DNA from: Auanema rhodensis
Taxonomy: Eukaryota > Animalia > Nematoda
DNA: 64,000 nt
Direction: 5' to 3'
Assembly (NCBI GenBank): GCA_964057225.1
Contig: CAXKVF010000080.1
Span: forward strand, 186,001-250,000
Under the pieces are notes generated by a model. It did not search any database and was not told the DNA's origin. It saw only the letters and a list, made by a program, of their open reading frames with translations. The position numbers were made by a program, and so were the translations under genes. Below, in pieces: positions 26,001 through 40,258 of this stretch. Position 1 is the first letter of the stretch, and the number at the start of each line of letters is the position of its first letter.

Positions 26001-29000
26001 ATGTCCATATTAGTCTCAAAACAAATTTTTATTGATATTGGTTCATGGTAACCATGACTTTGAAATTTACGTGAACTTTAATTTATGCTAATTAAATGTA
26101 CACGTGATGTGCACTTGGTATGTAACTCGCTTCACGTGAAAGATAAAGAGATGCGGTTTTCAAAATTTGATTCCCCATGTCCATATTAGTCTAAAAACAA
26201 ATTTTTATTGATATTGGTTCATGGTAACCATGACTTTGAAATTTACGTGAACTTTAATTTATGCTAATTAAATGTACACGTGATGTGCACTTGGTATGTA
26301 ACTCGCTTCACGTGAAAGATAAAGAGATGCGGTTTTCAAAATTAGATTCCCCATGTCCATATTAGTTTAAAAACAAATTTTTATTGATATTGGTGCATGG
26401 TAACCATGACTTTGAAATTTACGTGAACTTTAATTTATGCTAATTAAATGTACACGTGATGTGCACTTGGTATGTAACTCGCTTCACGTGAAAGATAAAG
26501 AGATGCGGTTTTCAAAATTAGATTCCCCATGTCCATATTAGTCTAAAAACAAATTTTTATTGATATTGGTTCATGGTAACCATGACTTTGAAATTTACGT
26601 GAACTTTAATTTATGCTAATTAAATGTACACGTGATGTGCACTTGGTATGTAACTCGCTTCACGTGAAAGATAAAGAGATGCGGTTTTCAAAATTAGATT
26701 CCCCATGTCCATATTAGTCTAAAAACAAATTTTTATTGATATTGCTTCATGGTAACCATGACTTTGAAATTTACGTGAACTTTAATTTATGCTAATTAAA
26801 TGTACACGTGATGTGCACTTGGTATGTAACTCGCTTCACGTGAAAGATAAAGAGATGCGGTTTTCAAAATTAGATTCCCCATGTCCATATTAGTCTAAAA
26901 ACAAATTTTTATTGATATTGGTTCATGGTAACCATGACTTTGAAATTTACGTGAACTTTAATTTATGCTAATTAAATGTATACGTGATGTGCACTTGGTA
27001 TGTAACTCGCTTCACGTGAAAGATAAAGAGATGCGGTTTTCAAAATTAGATTCCCCATGTCCATATTAGTCTAAAAACAAATTTTTATTGATATTGGTGC
27101 ATGGTAACCATGACTTTGAAATTTACGTGAACTTTAATTTATGCTAATTAAATGTACACGTGATGTGCACTTGGTATGTAACTCGCTTCACGTGAAAGAT
27201 AAAGAGATGCGGTTTCCAAAATTAGATTCCCCATGTCCATATTAGTCTAAAAACAAATTTTTATTGATATTGGTGCATGGTAACCATGACTTTGAAATTT
27301 ACGTGAACTTTAATTTATGCTTATTAAATGTACACGTGATGTGCACTTGGTATGTAACTCGCTTCACGTGAAAGATAAAGAGATGCGGTTTTCAAAATTA
27401 GATTCCCCATGTCCATATTAGTCTCAAAACAAATTTTTATTGATATTGGTTCATGGTAACCATGACTTTGAAATTTACGTGAACTTTAATTTATGCTAAT
27501 TAAATGTACACGTGATGTGCACTTGGTATGTAACTCGCTTCACGTGAAAGATAAAGAGATGCGGTTTTCAAAATTAGATTCCCCATGTCCATATTAGTCT
27601 AAAAACAAATTTTTATTGATATTGCTTCATGGTAACCATGACTTTGAAATTTACGTGAACTTTAATTTATGCTAATTAAATGTACACGAGATGTGCACTT
27701 GGTATGTAACTCGCTTCACGTGAAAGATAAAGAGATGCGGTTTTCAAAATTAGATTCCCCATGTCCATATTAGTCTAAAAACAAATTTTTATTGATATTG
27801 GTGCATGGTAACCATGACTTTGAAATTTACGTGAACTTTAATTTATGCTAATTAAATGTACACGTGATGTGCACTTGGTATGTAACTCGCTTCACGTCAA
27901 AGATAAAGAGATGCGGTTTTCAAAATTAGATTCCCCATGTCCATATTAGTCTAAAAACAAATTTTTATTGATATTGGTGCATGGTAACCATGACTTTGAA
28001 ATTTACGTGAACTTTAATTTATGCTTATTAAATGTACACGTGATGTGCACTTGGTATGTAACTCGCTTCACGTGAAAGATAAAGAGATGCGGTTTTCAAA
28101 ATTAGATTCCCCATGTCCATATTAGTCTAAAAACAAATTTTTATTGATATTGGTGCATGGTAACCATGACTTTGAAATTTACGTGAACTTTAATTTATGC
28201 TAATTAAATGTACACGTGATGTGCACTTGGTATGTAACTCGCTTCACGTGAAAGATAAAGAGATGCGGTTTTCAAAATTAGATTCCCCATGTCCATATTA
28301 GTCTCAAAACAAATTTTTATTGATATTGCTTCATGGTAACCATGACTTTGAAATTTACGTGAACTTTAATTTATGCTAATTAAATGTACACGAGATGTGC
28401 ACTTGGTATGTAACTCGCTTCACGTGAAAGATAAAGAGATGCGGTTTTCAAAATTAGATTCCCCATGTCCATATTAGTCTAAAAACAAATTTTTATTGAT
28501 ATTGGTGCATGGTAACCATGATTTTGAAATTTACGTGAACTTTAATCTATGCTAATTAAATGTACACGTGATGTGCACTTGGTATGTAACTCGCTTCACG
28601 TGAAAGATAAAGAGATGCGGTTTTCAAAATTAGATTCCCCATGTCCATATTAGTCTCAAAACAAATTTTTATTGATATTGGTTCATGGTAACCATGACTT
28701 TGAAATTTACGTGAACTTTAATTTATGCTAATTAAATGTACACGTGATGTGCACTTGGTATGTAACTCGCTTCACGTGAAAGATAAAGAGATGCGGTTTT
28801 CAAAATTTGATTCCCCATGTCCATATTAGTCTCAAAACAAATTTTTATTGATATTGGTTCATGGTAATCATGACTTTGAAATTTACGTGAACTTTAATTT
28901 ATGCTAATTAAATGTACACGTGATGTGCACTTGGTATGTAACTCGCTTCACGTGAAAGATAAAGAGATGCGGTTTTCAAAATTAGATTCCCCATGTCCAT

Positions 29001-30015
29001 ATTAGTCTAAAAACAAATTTTTATTGATATTGCTTCATGGTAACCATGACTTTGAAATTTACGTGAACTTTAATTTATGCTAATTAAATGTACACGAGAT
29101 GTGCACTTGGTATGTAACTTGCTTCACGTGAAAGATAAAGAGATGCGGTTTTCAAAATTAGATTCCCCATGTCCATATTAGTCTAAAAACAAATTTTTAT
29201 TGATATTGGTGCATGGTAACCATGATTTTGAAATTTACGTGAACTTTAATTTATGCTAATTAAATGTACACGTGATGTGCACTTGGTATGTAACTCGCTT
29301 CACGTGAAAGATAAAGAGATGCGGTTTTCAAAATTAGATTCCCCATGTCCATATTAGTCTCAAAACAAATTTTTATTGATATTGGTTCATGGTAACCATG
29401 ACTTTGAAATTTACGTGAACTTTAATTTATGCTAATTAAATGTACACGTGATGTGCACTTGGTATGTAACTCGCTTCACGTGAAAGATAAAGAGATGCGG
29501 TTTTCAAAATTTGATTCCCCATGTCCATATTAGTCTAAAAACAAATTTTTATTGATATTGGTTCATGGTAACCATGACTTTGAAATTTACGTGAACTTTA
29601 ATTTATGCTAATTAAATGTACACGTGATGTGCACTTGGTATGTAACTCGCTTCACGTGAAAGATAAAGAGATGCGGTTTTCAAAATTAGATTCCCCATGT
29701 CCATATTAGTTTAAAAACAAATTTTTATTGATATTGGTGCATGGTAACCATGACTTTGAAATTTACGTGAACTTTAATTTATGCTAATTAAATGTACACG
29801 TGATGTGCACTTGGTATGTAACTCGCTTCACGTGAAAGATAAAGAGATGCGGTTTTCAAAATTAGATTCCCCATGTCCATATTAGTCTAAAAACAAATTT
29901 TTATTGATATTGGTTCATGGTAACCATGACTTTGAAATTTACGTGAACTTTAATTTATGCTAATTAAATGTACACGTGATGTGCACTTGGTATGTAACTC
30001 GCTTCACGTGAAAGA
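23093..30015. repeat. Tandem 19-monomer duplication (3344-bp period), no differences seen by eye, containing a 4-monomer sub-period
   Basis: Rare variant pairs exactly 3344 bp apart: 23637/26981, 23872/27216, 23978/27322, 24345/27689, 24554/27898, 25178/28522, 25203/28547, 25464/28808, 25524/28868, 25776/29120, 26367/29711. Confidence 0.95.
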
Positions 30016-33000
30016 AGAAGAGATGCGGTTTTCAAAATTAGATTCCCCATGTCCATATTAGTCTAAAAACAAATTTTTATTGATATTGGTTCATGGTAAC
30101 CATGACTTTGAAATTTACGTGAACTTTAATTTATGCTAATTAAATGTACACGTGATGTGCACTTGGTATGTAACTCGCTTCACGTGAAAGATAAAGAGAT
30201 GCGGTTTTCAAAATTAGATTCCCCATGTCCATATTAGTCTAAAAACAAATTTTTATTGATATTGGTGCATGGTAACCATGACTTTGAAATTTACGTGAAC
30301 TTTAATTTATGCTAATTAAATGTACACGTGATGTGCACTTGGTATGTAACTCGCTTCACGTGAAAGATAAAGAGATGCGGTTTTCAAAATTAGATTTTTC
30401 CATGTCCATATTAGTCTAAAAACAAATTTTTATTGATATTGGTTCATGGTAACCATGACTTTGAAATTTACGTGAACTTTAATTTATGCTAATTAAATGT
30501 ACACGTGATGTGCACTTGGTATGTAACTCGCTTCACGTGAAAGATAAAGATATGCGGTTTTCAAAATTAGATTCCCCATGTCCATATAAGTCTAAAAACA
30601 AATTTTTATTGATATTGGTGCATGGTAACCATGACTTTGAAATTTACGTGAACTTTAATTTATGCTAATTAAATGTACACGTGATGTGCACTTGGTATGT
30701 AACTCGCTTCACGTGAAAGATAAAGAGATGCGGTTTTCAAAATTAGATTCCCCATGTCCATATTAGTTTAAAAACAAATTTTTATTGATATTGGTGCATG
30801 GTAACCATGACTTTGAAATTTACGTGAACTTTAATTTATGCTAATTAAATGTACACGTGATGTGCACTTGGTATGTAACTCGCTTCACGTGAAAGATAAA
30901 GAGATGCGGTTTTCAAAATTAGATTCCCCATGTCCATATTAGTCTAAAAACAAATTTTTATTGATATTGGTTCATGCTAACCATGACTTTGAAATTTACG
31001 TGAACTTTAATTTATGCTAATTAAATGTACACGTGATGTGCACTTGGTATGTAACTCGCTTCACGTGAAAGAAGAAGAGATGCGGTTTTCAAAATTAGAT
31101 TCCCCATGTCCATATTAGTCTAAAAACAAATTTTTATTGATATTGGTTCATGGTAACCATGACTTTGAAATTTACGTGAACTTTAATTTATGCTAATTAA
31201 ATGTACACGTGATGTGCACTTGGTATGTAACTCGCTTCACGTGAAAAATAAAGAGATGCGGTTTTCAAAATTAGATTCCCCATGTCCATATTAGTTTAAA
31301 AACAAATTTTTATTGATATTGGTGCATGGTAACCATGACTTTGAAATTTACGTGAACTTTAATTTATGCTAATTAAATGTACACGTGATGTGCACTTGGT
31401 ATGTAACTCGCTTCACGTGAAAGATAAAGAGATGCGGTTTTCAAAATTAGATTCCCCATGTCCATATTAGTCTAAAAACAAATTTTTATTGATATTGGTT
31501 CATGCTAACCATGACTTTGAAATTTACGTGAACTTTAATTTATGCTAATTAAATGTACACGTGATGTGCACTTGGTATGTAACTCGCTTCACGTGAAAGA
31601 AGAAGAGATGCGGTTTTCAAAATTAGATTCCCCATGTCCATATTAGTCTAAAAACAAATTTTTATTGATATTGGTTCATGGTAACCATGACTTTGAAATT
31701 TACGTGAACTTTAATTTATGCTAATTAAATGTACACGTGATGTGCACTTGGTATGTAACTCGCTTCACGTGAAAGAAGAAGAGATGCGGTTTTCAAAATT
31801 AGATTCCCCATGTCCATATTAGTCTAAAAACAAATTTTTATTGATATTGGTTCATGGTAACCATGACTTTGAAATTTACGTGAACTTTAATTTATGCTAA
31901 TTAAATGTACACGTGATGTGCACTTGGTATGTAACTCGCTTCACGTGAAAGATAAAGAGATGCGGTTTTCAAAATTAGATTCCCCATGTCCATATTAGTC
32001 TAAAAACAAATTTTTATTGATATTGCTTCATGGTAACCATGACTTTGAAATTTACGTGAACTTTAATTTATGCTAATTAAATGTACACGTGATGTGCACT
32101 TGGTATGTAACTCGCTTCACGTGAAAAATAAAGAGATGCGGTTTTCAAAATTAGATTCCCCATGTCCATATTAGTTTAAAAACAAATTTTTATTGATATT
32201 GGTGCATGGTAACCATGACTTTGAAATTTACGTGAACTTTAATTTATGCTAATTAAATTTACACGTGATGTGCACTTGGTATGTAACTCGCTTCACGTGA
32301 AAGAAGAAGAGATGCGGTTTTCAAAATTAGATTCCCCATGTCCATATTAGTCTAAAAACAAATTTTTATTGATATTGGTTCATGGTAACCATGACTTTGA
32401 AATTTACGTGAACTTTAATTTATGCTAATTAAATGTACACGTGATGTGCACTTGGTATGTAACTCGCTTCACGTGAAAGATAAAGAGATGCGGTTTTCAA
32501 AATTAGATTCCCCATGTCCATATTAGTCTAAAAACAAATTTTTATTGATATTGGTGCATGGTAACCATGACTTTGAAATTTACGTGAACTTTAATTCATG
32601 CTAATTAAATGTACACGTGATGTGCACTTGGTATGTAACTCGCTTCACGTGAAAGATAAAGAGATGCGGTTTTCAAAATTAGATTCCCCATGTCCATATT
32701 AGTCTAAAAACAAATTTTTATTGATATTGGTTCATGGTAACCATGACTTTGAAATTTACGTGAACTTTAATTTATGCTAATTAAATGTACACGTGATGTG
32801 CACTTGGTATGTAACTCGCTTCACGTGAAAGATAAAGAGATGCGGTTTTCAAAATTAGATTCCCCATGTCCATATTAGTCTAAAAACAAATTTTTATTGA
32901 TATTGCTTCATGGTAACCATGACTTTGAAATTTACGTGAACTTTAATTTATGCTAATTAAATGTACACGTGATGTGCACTTGGTATGTAACTCGCTTCAC

Positions 33001-36000
33001 GTGAAAGATAAAGAGATGCGGTTTTCAAAATTAGATTCCCCATGTCCATATTAGTCTAAAAACAAATTTTTATTGATATTGGTTCATGGTAACCATGACT
33101 TTGAAATTTACGTGAACTTTAATTTATGCTAATTAAATGTACACGTGATGTGCACTTGGTATGTAACTCGCTTCACGTGAAAGATAAAGAGATGCGGTTT
33201 TCAAAATTAGATTCCCCATGTCCATATTAGTCTAAAAACAAATTTTTATTGATATTGCTTCATGGTAACCATGACTTTGAAATTTACGTGAACTTTAATT
33301 TATGCTAATTAAATGTACACGTGATGTGCACTTGGTATGTAACTCGCTTCACGTGAAAGATAAAGAGATGCGGTTTTCAAAATTAGATTCCCCCTGTCCA
33401 TATTAGTCTAAAAACAAATTTTTATTGATATTGCTTCATGGTAACCATGACTTTGAAATTTACGTGAACTTTAATTTATGCTAATTAAATGTACACGTGA
33501 TGTGCACTTGGTATGTAACTCGCTTCACGTGAAAGATAAAGAGATGCGGTTTTCAAAATTAGATTCCCCCTGTCCATATTAGTCTAAAAACAAATTTTTA
33601 TTGATATTGCTTCATGGTAACCATGACTTTGAAATTTACGTGAACTTTAATTTATGCTAATTAAATGTACACGTGATGTGCACTTGGTATGTAACTCGCT
33701 TCACGTGAAAGATAAAGAGATGCGGTTTTCAAAATTAGATTCCCCATGTCCATATTAGTCTAAAAACAAATTTTTATTGATATTGGTTCATGGTAACCAT
33801 GACTTTGAAATTTACGTGAACTTTAATTTATGCTAATTAAATGTACACGTGATGTGCACTTGGTATGTAACTCGCTTCACGTGAAAGATAAAGAGATGCG
33901 GTTTTCAAAATTAGATTCCCCATGTCCATATTAGTCTAAAAACAAATTTTTATTGATATTGCTTCATGGTAACCATGACTTTGAAATTTACGTGAACTTT
34001 AATTTATGCTAATTAAATGTACACGTGATGTGCACTTGGTATGTAACTCGCTTCACGTGAAAGATAAAGAGATGCGGTTTTCAAAATTAGATTCCCCCTG
34101 TCCATATTAGTCTAAAAACAAATTTTTATTGATATTGCTTCATGGTAACCATGACTTTGAAATTTACGTGAACTTTAATTTATGCTAATTAAATGTACAC
34201 GTGATGTGCACTTGGTATGTAACTCGCTTCACGTGAAAGATAAAGAGATGCGGTTTTCAAAATTAGATTCCCCATGTCCATATTAGTCTAAAAACAAATT
34301 TTTATTGATATTGCTTCATGGTAACCATGACTTTGAAATTTACGTGAACTTTAATTTATGCTAATTAAATGTACACGTGATGTGCACTTGGTATGTAACT
34401 CGCTTCACGTGAAAGATAAAGAGATGCGGTTTTCAAAATTAGATTCCCCATGTCCATATTAGTCTAAAAACAAATTTTTATTGATATTGCTTCATGGTAA
34501 CCATGACTTTGAAATTTACGTGAACTTTAATTTATGCTAATTAAATGTACACGTGATGTGCACTTGGTATGTAACTCGCTTCACGTGAAAGATAAAGAGA
34601 TGCGGTTTTCAAAATTAGATTCCCCCTGTCCATATTAGTCTAAAAACAAATTTTTATTGATATTGCTTCATGGTAACCATGACTTTGAAATTTACGTGAA
34701 CTTTAATTTATGCTAATTAAATGTACACGTGATGTGCACTTGGTATGTAACTCGCTTCACGTGAAAGATAAAGAGATGCGGTTTTCAAAATTAGATTCCC
34801 CATGTCCATATTAGTCTAAAAACAAATTTTTATTGATATTGGTGCATGGTAACCATGACTTTGAAATTTACGTGAACTTTAATTTATGCTAATTAAATGT
34901 ACACGTGATGTGCACTTGGTATGTAACTCGCTTCACGTGAAAGATAAAGAGATGCGGTTTTCAAAATTAGATTCCCCATGTCCATATTAGTCTAAAAACA
35001 AATTTTTATTGATATTGCTTCATGCTAACCATGACTTTGAAATTTACGTGAACTTTAATTTATGCTAATTAAATGTACACGTGATGTGCACTTGGTATGT
35101 AACTCGCTTCACGTGAAAGATAAAGAGATGCGGTTTTCAAAATTAGATTCCCCCTGTCCATATTAGTCTAAAAACAAATTTTTATTGATATTGCTTCATG
35201 GTAACCATGACTTTGAAATTTACGTGAACTTTAATTTATGCTAATTAAATGTACACGTGATGTGCACTTGGTATGTAACTCGCTTCACGTGAAAGATAAA
35301 GAGATGCGGTTTTCAAAATTAGATTCCCCATGTCCATATTAGTCTAAAAACAAATTTTTATTGATATTGCTTCATGGTAACCATGACTTTGAAATTTACG
35401 TGAACTTTAATTTATGCTAATTAAATGTACACGTGATGTGCACTTGGTATGTAACTCGCTTCACGTGAAAGATAAAGAGATGCGGTTTTCAAAATTAGAT
35501 TCCCCATGTCCATATTAGTCTAAAAACAAATTTTTATTGATATTGCTTCATGGTAACCATGACTTTGAAATTTACGTGAACTTTAATTTATGCTAATTAA
35601 ATGTACACGTGATGTGCACTTGGTATGTAACTCGCTTCACGTGAAAAATAAAGAGATGCGGTTTTCAAAATTAGATTCCCCATGTCCATATTAGTTTAAA
35701 AACAAATTTTTATTGATATTGCTTCATGGTAACCATGACTTTGAAATTTACGTGAACTTTAATTTATGCTAATTAAATGTACACGTGATGTGCACTTGGT
35801 ATGTAACTCGCTTCACGTGAAAGATAAAGAGATGCGGTTTTCAAAATTAGATTCCCCATGTCCATATTAGTCTAAAAACAAATTTTTATTGATATTGGTG
35901 CATGGTAACCATGACTTTGAAATTTACGTGAACTTTAATTCATGCTAATTAAATGTACACGTGATGTGCACTTGGTATGTAACTCGCTTCACGTGAAAGA

Positions 36001-37499
36001 TAAAGAGATGCGGTTTTCAAAATTAGATTCCCCATGTCCATATTAGTCTAAAAACAAATTTTTATTGATATTGGTGCATGGTAACCATGACTTTGAAATT
36101 TACGTGAACTTTAATTCATGCTAATTAAATGTACACGTGATGTGCACTTGGTATGTAACTCGCTTCACGTGAAAGATAAAGAGATGCGGTTTTCAAAATT
36201 AGATTCCCCATGTCCATATTAGTCTAAAAACAAATTTTTATTGATATTGGTTCATGGTAACCATGACTTTGAAATTTACGTGAACTTTAATTTATGCTAA
36301 TTAAATGTACACGTGATGTGCACTTGGTATGTAACTCGCTTCACGTGAAAGATAAAGAGATGCGGTTTTCAAAATTAGATTCCCCATGTCCATATTAGTC
36401 TAAAAACAAATTTTTATTGATATTGGTGCATGGTAACCATGACTTTGAAATTTACGTGAACTTTAATTCATGCTAATTAAATGTACACGTGATGTGCACT
36501 TGGTATGTAACTCGCTTCACGTGAAAGATAAAGAGATGCGGTTTTCAAAATTAGATTCCCCATGTCCATATTAGTCTAAAAACAAATTTTTATTGATATT
36601 GGTTCATGGTAACCATGACTTTGAAATTTACGTGAACTTTAATTTATGCTAATTAAATGTACACGTGATGTGCACTTGGTATGTAACTCGCTTCACGTGA
36701 AAGATAAAGAGATGCGGTTTTCAAAATTAGATTCCCCATGTCCATATTAGTCTAAAAACAAATTTTTATTGATATTGCTTCATGGTAACCATGACTTTGA
36801 AATTTACGTGAACTTTAATTTATGCTAATTAAATGTACACGTGATGTGCACTTGGTATGTAACTCGCTTCACGTGAAAGATAAAGAGATGCGGTTTTCAA
36901 AATTAGATTCCCCATGTCCATATTAGTCTAAAAACAAATTTTTATTGATATTGCTTCATGGTAACCATGACTTTGAAATTTACGTGAACTTTAATTTATG
37001 CTAATTAAATGTACACGTGATGTGCACTTGGTATGTAACTCGCTTCACGTGAAAGATAAAGAGATGCGGTTTTCAAAATTAGATTCCCCATGTCCATATT
37101 AGTCTAAAAACAAATTTTTATTGATATTGCTTCATGGTAACCATGACTTTGAAATTTACGTGAACTTTAATTTATGCTAATTAAATTTACACGTGATGTG
37201 CACTTGGTATGTAACTCGCTTCACGTGAAAGATAAAGAGATGCGGTTTTCAAAATTAGATTCCCCATGTCCATATTAGTCTAAAAACAAATTTTTATTGA
37301 TATTGGTTCATGGTAACCATGACTTTGAAATTTACGTGAACTTTAATTTATGCTAATTAAATGTACACGTGATGTGCACTTGGTATGTAACTCGCTTCAC
37401 GTGAAAGATAAAGAGATGCGGTTTTCAAAATTAGATTCCCCATGTCCATATTAGTCTAAAAACAAATTTTTATTGATATTGCTTCATGGTAACCATGAC

Positions 37500-39780
37500 T
37501 TTGAAATTTACGTGAACTTTAATTTATGCTAATTAAATGTACACGTGATGTGCACTTGGTATGTAACTCGCTTCACGTGAAAGATAAAGAGATGCGGTTT
37601 TCAAAATTAGATTCCCCATGTCCATATTAGTCTAAAAACAAATTTTTATTGATATTGCTTCATGGTAACCATGACTTTGAAATTTACGTGAACTTTAATT
37701 TATGCTAATTAAATTTACACGTGATGTGCACTTGGTATGTAACTCGCTTCACGTGAAAGAAGAAGAGATGCGGTTTTCAAAATTAGATTCACCATGTCCA
37801 TATTAGTCTAAAAACAAATTTTTATTGATATTGCTTCATGGTAACCATGACTTTGAAATTTACGTGAACTTTAATTTATGCTAATTAAATGTACACGTGA
37901 TGTGCACTTGGTATGTAACTCGCTTCACGTGAAAGATAAAGAGATGCGGTTTTCAAAATTAGATTCCCCATGTCCATATTAGTCTAAAAACAAATTTTTA
38001 TTGATATTGGTGCATGGTAACCATGACTTTGAAATTTACGTGAACTTTAATTCATGCTAATTAAATGCACACGTGATGTGCACTTGGTATGTAACTCGCT
38101 TCACGTGAAAGATAAAGAGATGCGGTTTTCAAAATTAGATTCCCCATGTCCATATTAGTCTAAAAACAAATTTTTATTGATATTGGTTCATGGTAACCAT
38201 GACTTTGAAATTTACGTGAACTTTAATTTATGCTAATTAAATGTACACGTGATGTGCACTTGGTATGTAACTCGCTTCACGTGAAAGATAAAGAGATGCG
38301 GTTTTCAAAATTAGATTCCCCATGTCCATATTAGTCTAAAAACAAATTTTTATTGATATTGCTTCATGGTAACCATGACTTTGAAATTTACGTGAACTTT
38401 AATTTTTGCTAATTAAATGTACACGTGATGTGCACTTGGTATGTAACTCGCTTCACGTGAAAGATAAAGAGATGCGGTTTTCAAAATTAGATTCCCCCTG
38501 TCCATATTAGTCTAAAAACAAATTTTTATTGATATTGCTTCATGGTAACCATGACTTTGAAATTTACGTGAACTTTAATTTATGCTAATTAAATGTACAC
38601 GTGATGTGCACTTGGTATGTAACTCGCTTCACGTGAAAGATAAAGAGATGCGGTTTTCAAAATTAGATTCCCCATGTCCATATTAGTCTAAAAACAAATT
38701 TTTATTGATATTGCTTCATGGTAACCATGACTTTGAAATTTACGTGAACTTTAATTTATGCTAATTAAATTTACACGTGATGTGCACTTGGTATGTAACT
38801 CGCTTCACGTGAAAGAAGAAGAGATGCGGTTTTCAAAATTAGATTCCCCATGTCCATATTAGTCTAAAAACAAATTTTTATTGATATTGCTTCATGGTAA
38901 CCATGACTTTGAAATTTACGTGAACTTTAATTTATGCTAATTAAATGTACACGTGATGTGCACTTGGTATGTAACTCGCTTCACGTGAAAGATAAAGAGA
39001 TGCGGTTTTCAAAATTAGATTCCCCATGTCCATATTAGTCTAAAAACAAATTTTTATTGATATTGGTGCATGGTAACCATGACTTTGAAATTTACGTGAA
39101 CTTTAATTCATGCTAATTAAATGTACACGTGATGTGCACTTGGTATGTAACTCGCTTCACGTGAAAGATAAAGAGATGCGGTTTTCAAAATTAGATTCCC
39201 CATGTCCATATTAGTCTAAAAACAAATTTTTATTGATATTGGTTCATGGTAACCATGACTTTGAAATTTACGTGAACTTTAATTTATGCTAATTAAATGT
39301 ACACGTGATGTGCACTTGGTATGTAACTCGCTTCACGTGAAAGATAAAGAGATGCGGTTTTCAAAATTAGATTCCCCATGTCCATATTAGTCTAAAAACA
39401 AATTTTTATTGATATTGCTTCATGGTAACCATGACTTTGAAATTTACGTGAACTTTAATTTTTGCTAATTAAATGTACACGTGATGTGCACTTGGTATGT
39501 AACTCGCTTCACGTGAAAGATAAAGAGATGCGGTTTTCAAAATTAGATTCCCCCTGTCCATATTAGTCTAAAAACAAATTTTTATTGATATTGCTTCATG
39601 GTAACCATGACTTTGAAATTTACGTGAACTTTAATTTATGCTAATTAAATGTACACGTGATGTGCACTTGGTATGTAACTCGCTTCACGTGAAAGATAAA
39701 GAGATGCGGTTTTCAAAATTAGATTCCCCATGTCCATATTAGTCTAAAAACAAATTTTTATTGATATTGCTTCATGGTAA
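37500..39780. repeat. Tandem 6-monomer duplication (1056-bp period)
   Basis: AAATTTAC at 37715/38771 (each with GAAGAAG in the same monomer), TTCATGC at 38053/39109, TTTTTGC at 38406/39462. Boundaries approximate. Confidence 0.85.
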
Positions 39781-40258
39781 CCATGACTTTGAAATTTACG
39801 TGAACTTTAATTTATGCTAATTAAATGTACACGTGATGTGCACTTGGTATGTAACTCGCTTCACGTGAAAGATAAAGAGATGCGGTTTTCAAAATTAGAT
39901 TCCCCATGTCCATATTAGTCTAAAAACAAATTTTTATTGATATTGGTTCATGGTAACCATGACTTTGAAATTTACGTGAACTTTAATTTATGCTAATTAA
40001 ATGTACACGTGATGTGCACTTGGTATGTAACTCGCTTCACGTGAAAGATAAAGAGATGCGGTTTTCAAAATTAGATTCCCCATGTCCATATTAGTCTAAA
40101 AACAAATTTTTATTGATATTGCTTCATGGTAACCATGACTTTGAAATTTACGTGAACTTTAATTTTTGCTAATTAAATGTACACGTGATGTGCACTTGGT
40201 ATGTAACTCGCTTCACGTGAAAGATAAAGAGATGCGGTTTTCAAAATTAGATTCCCCC

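Noticed and set aside
30486-30668. 60-aa ORF variant
   Set aside because: The same chance frame, opened independently by TAG>AAG at 30578. No evidence of coding function.
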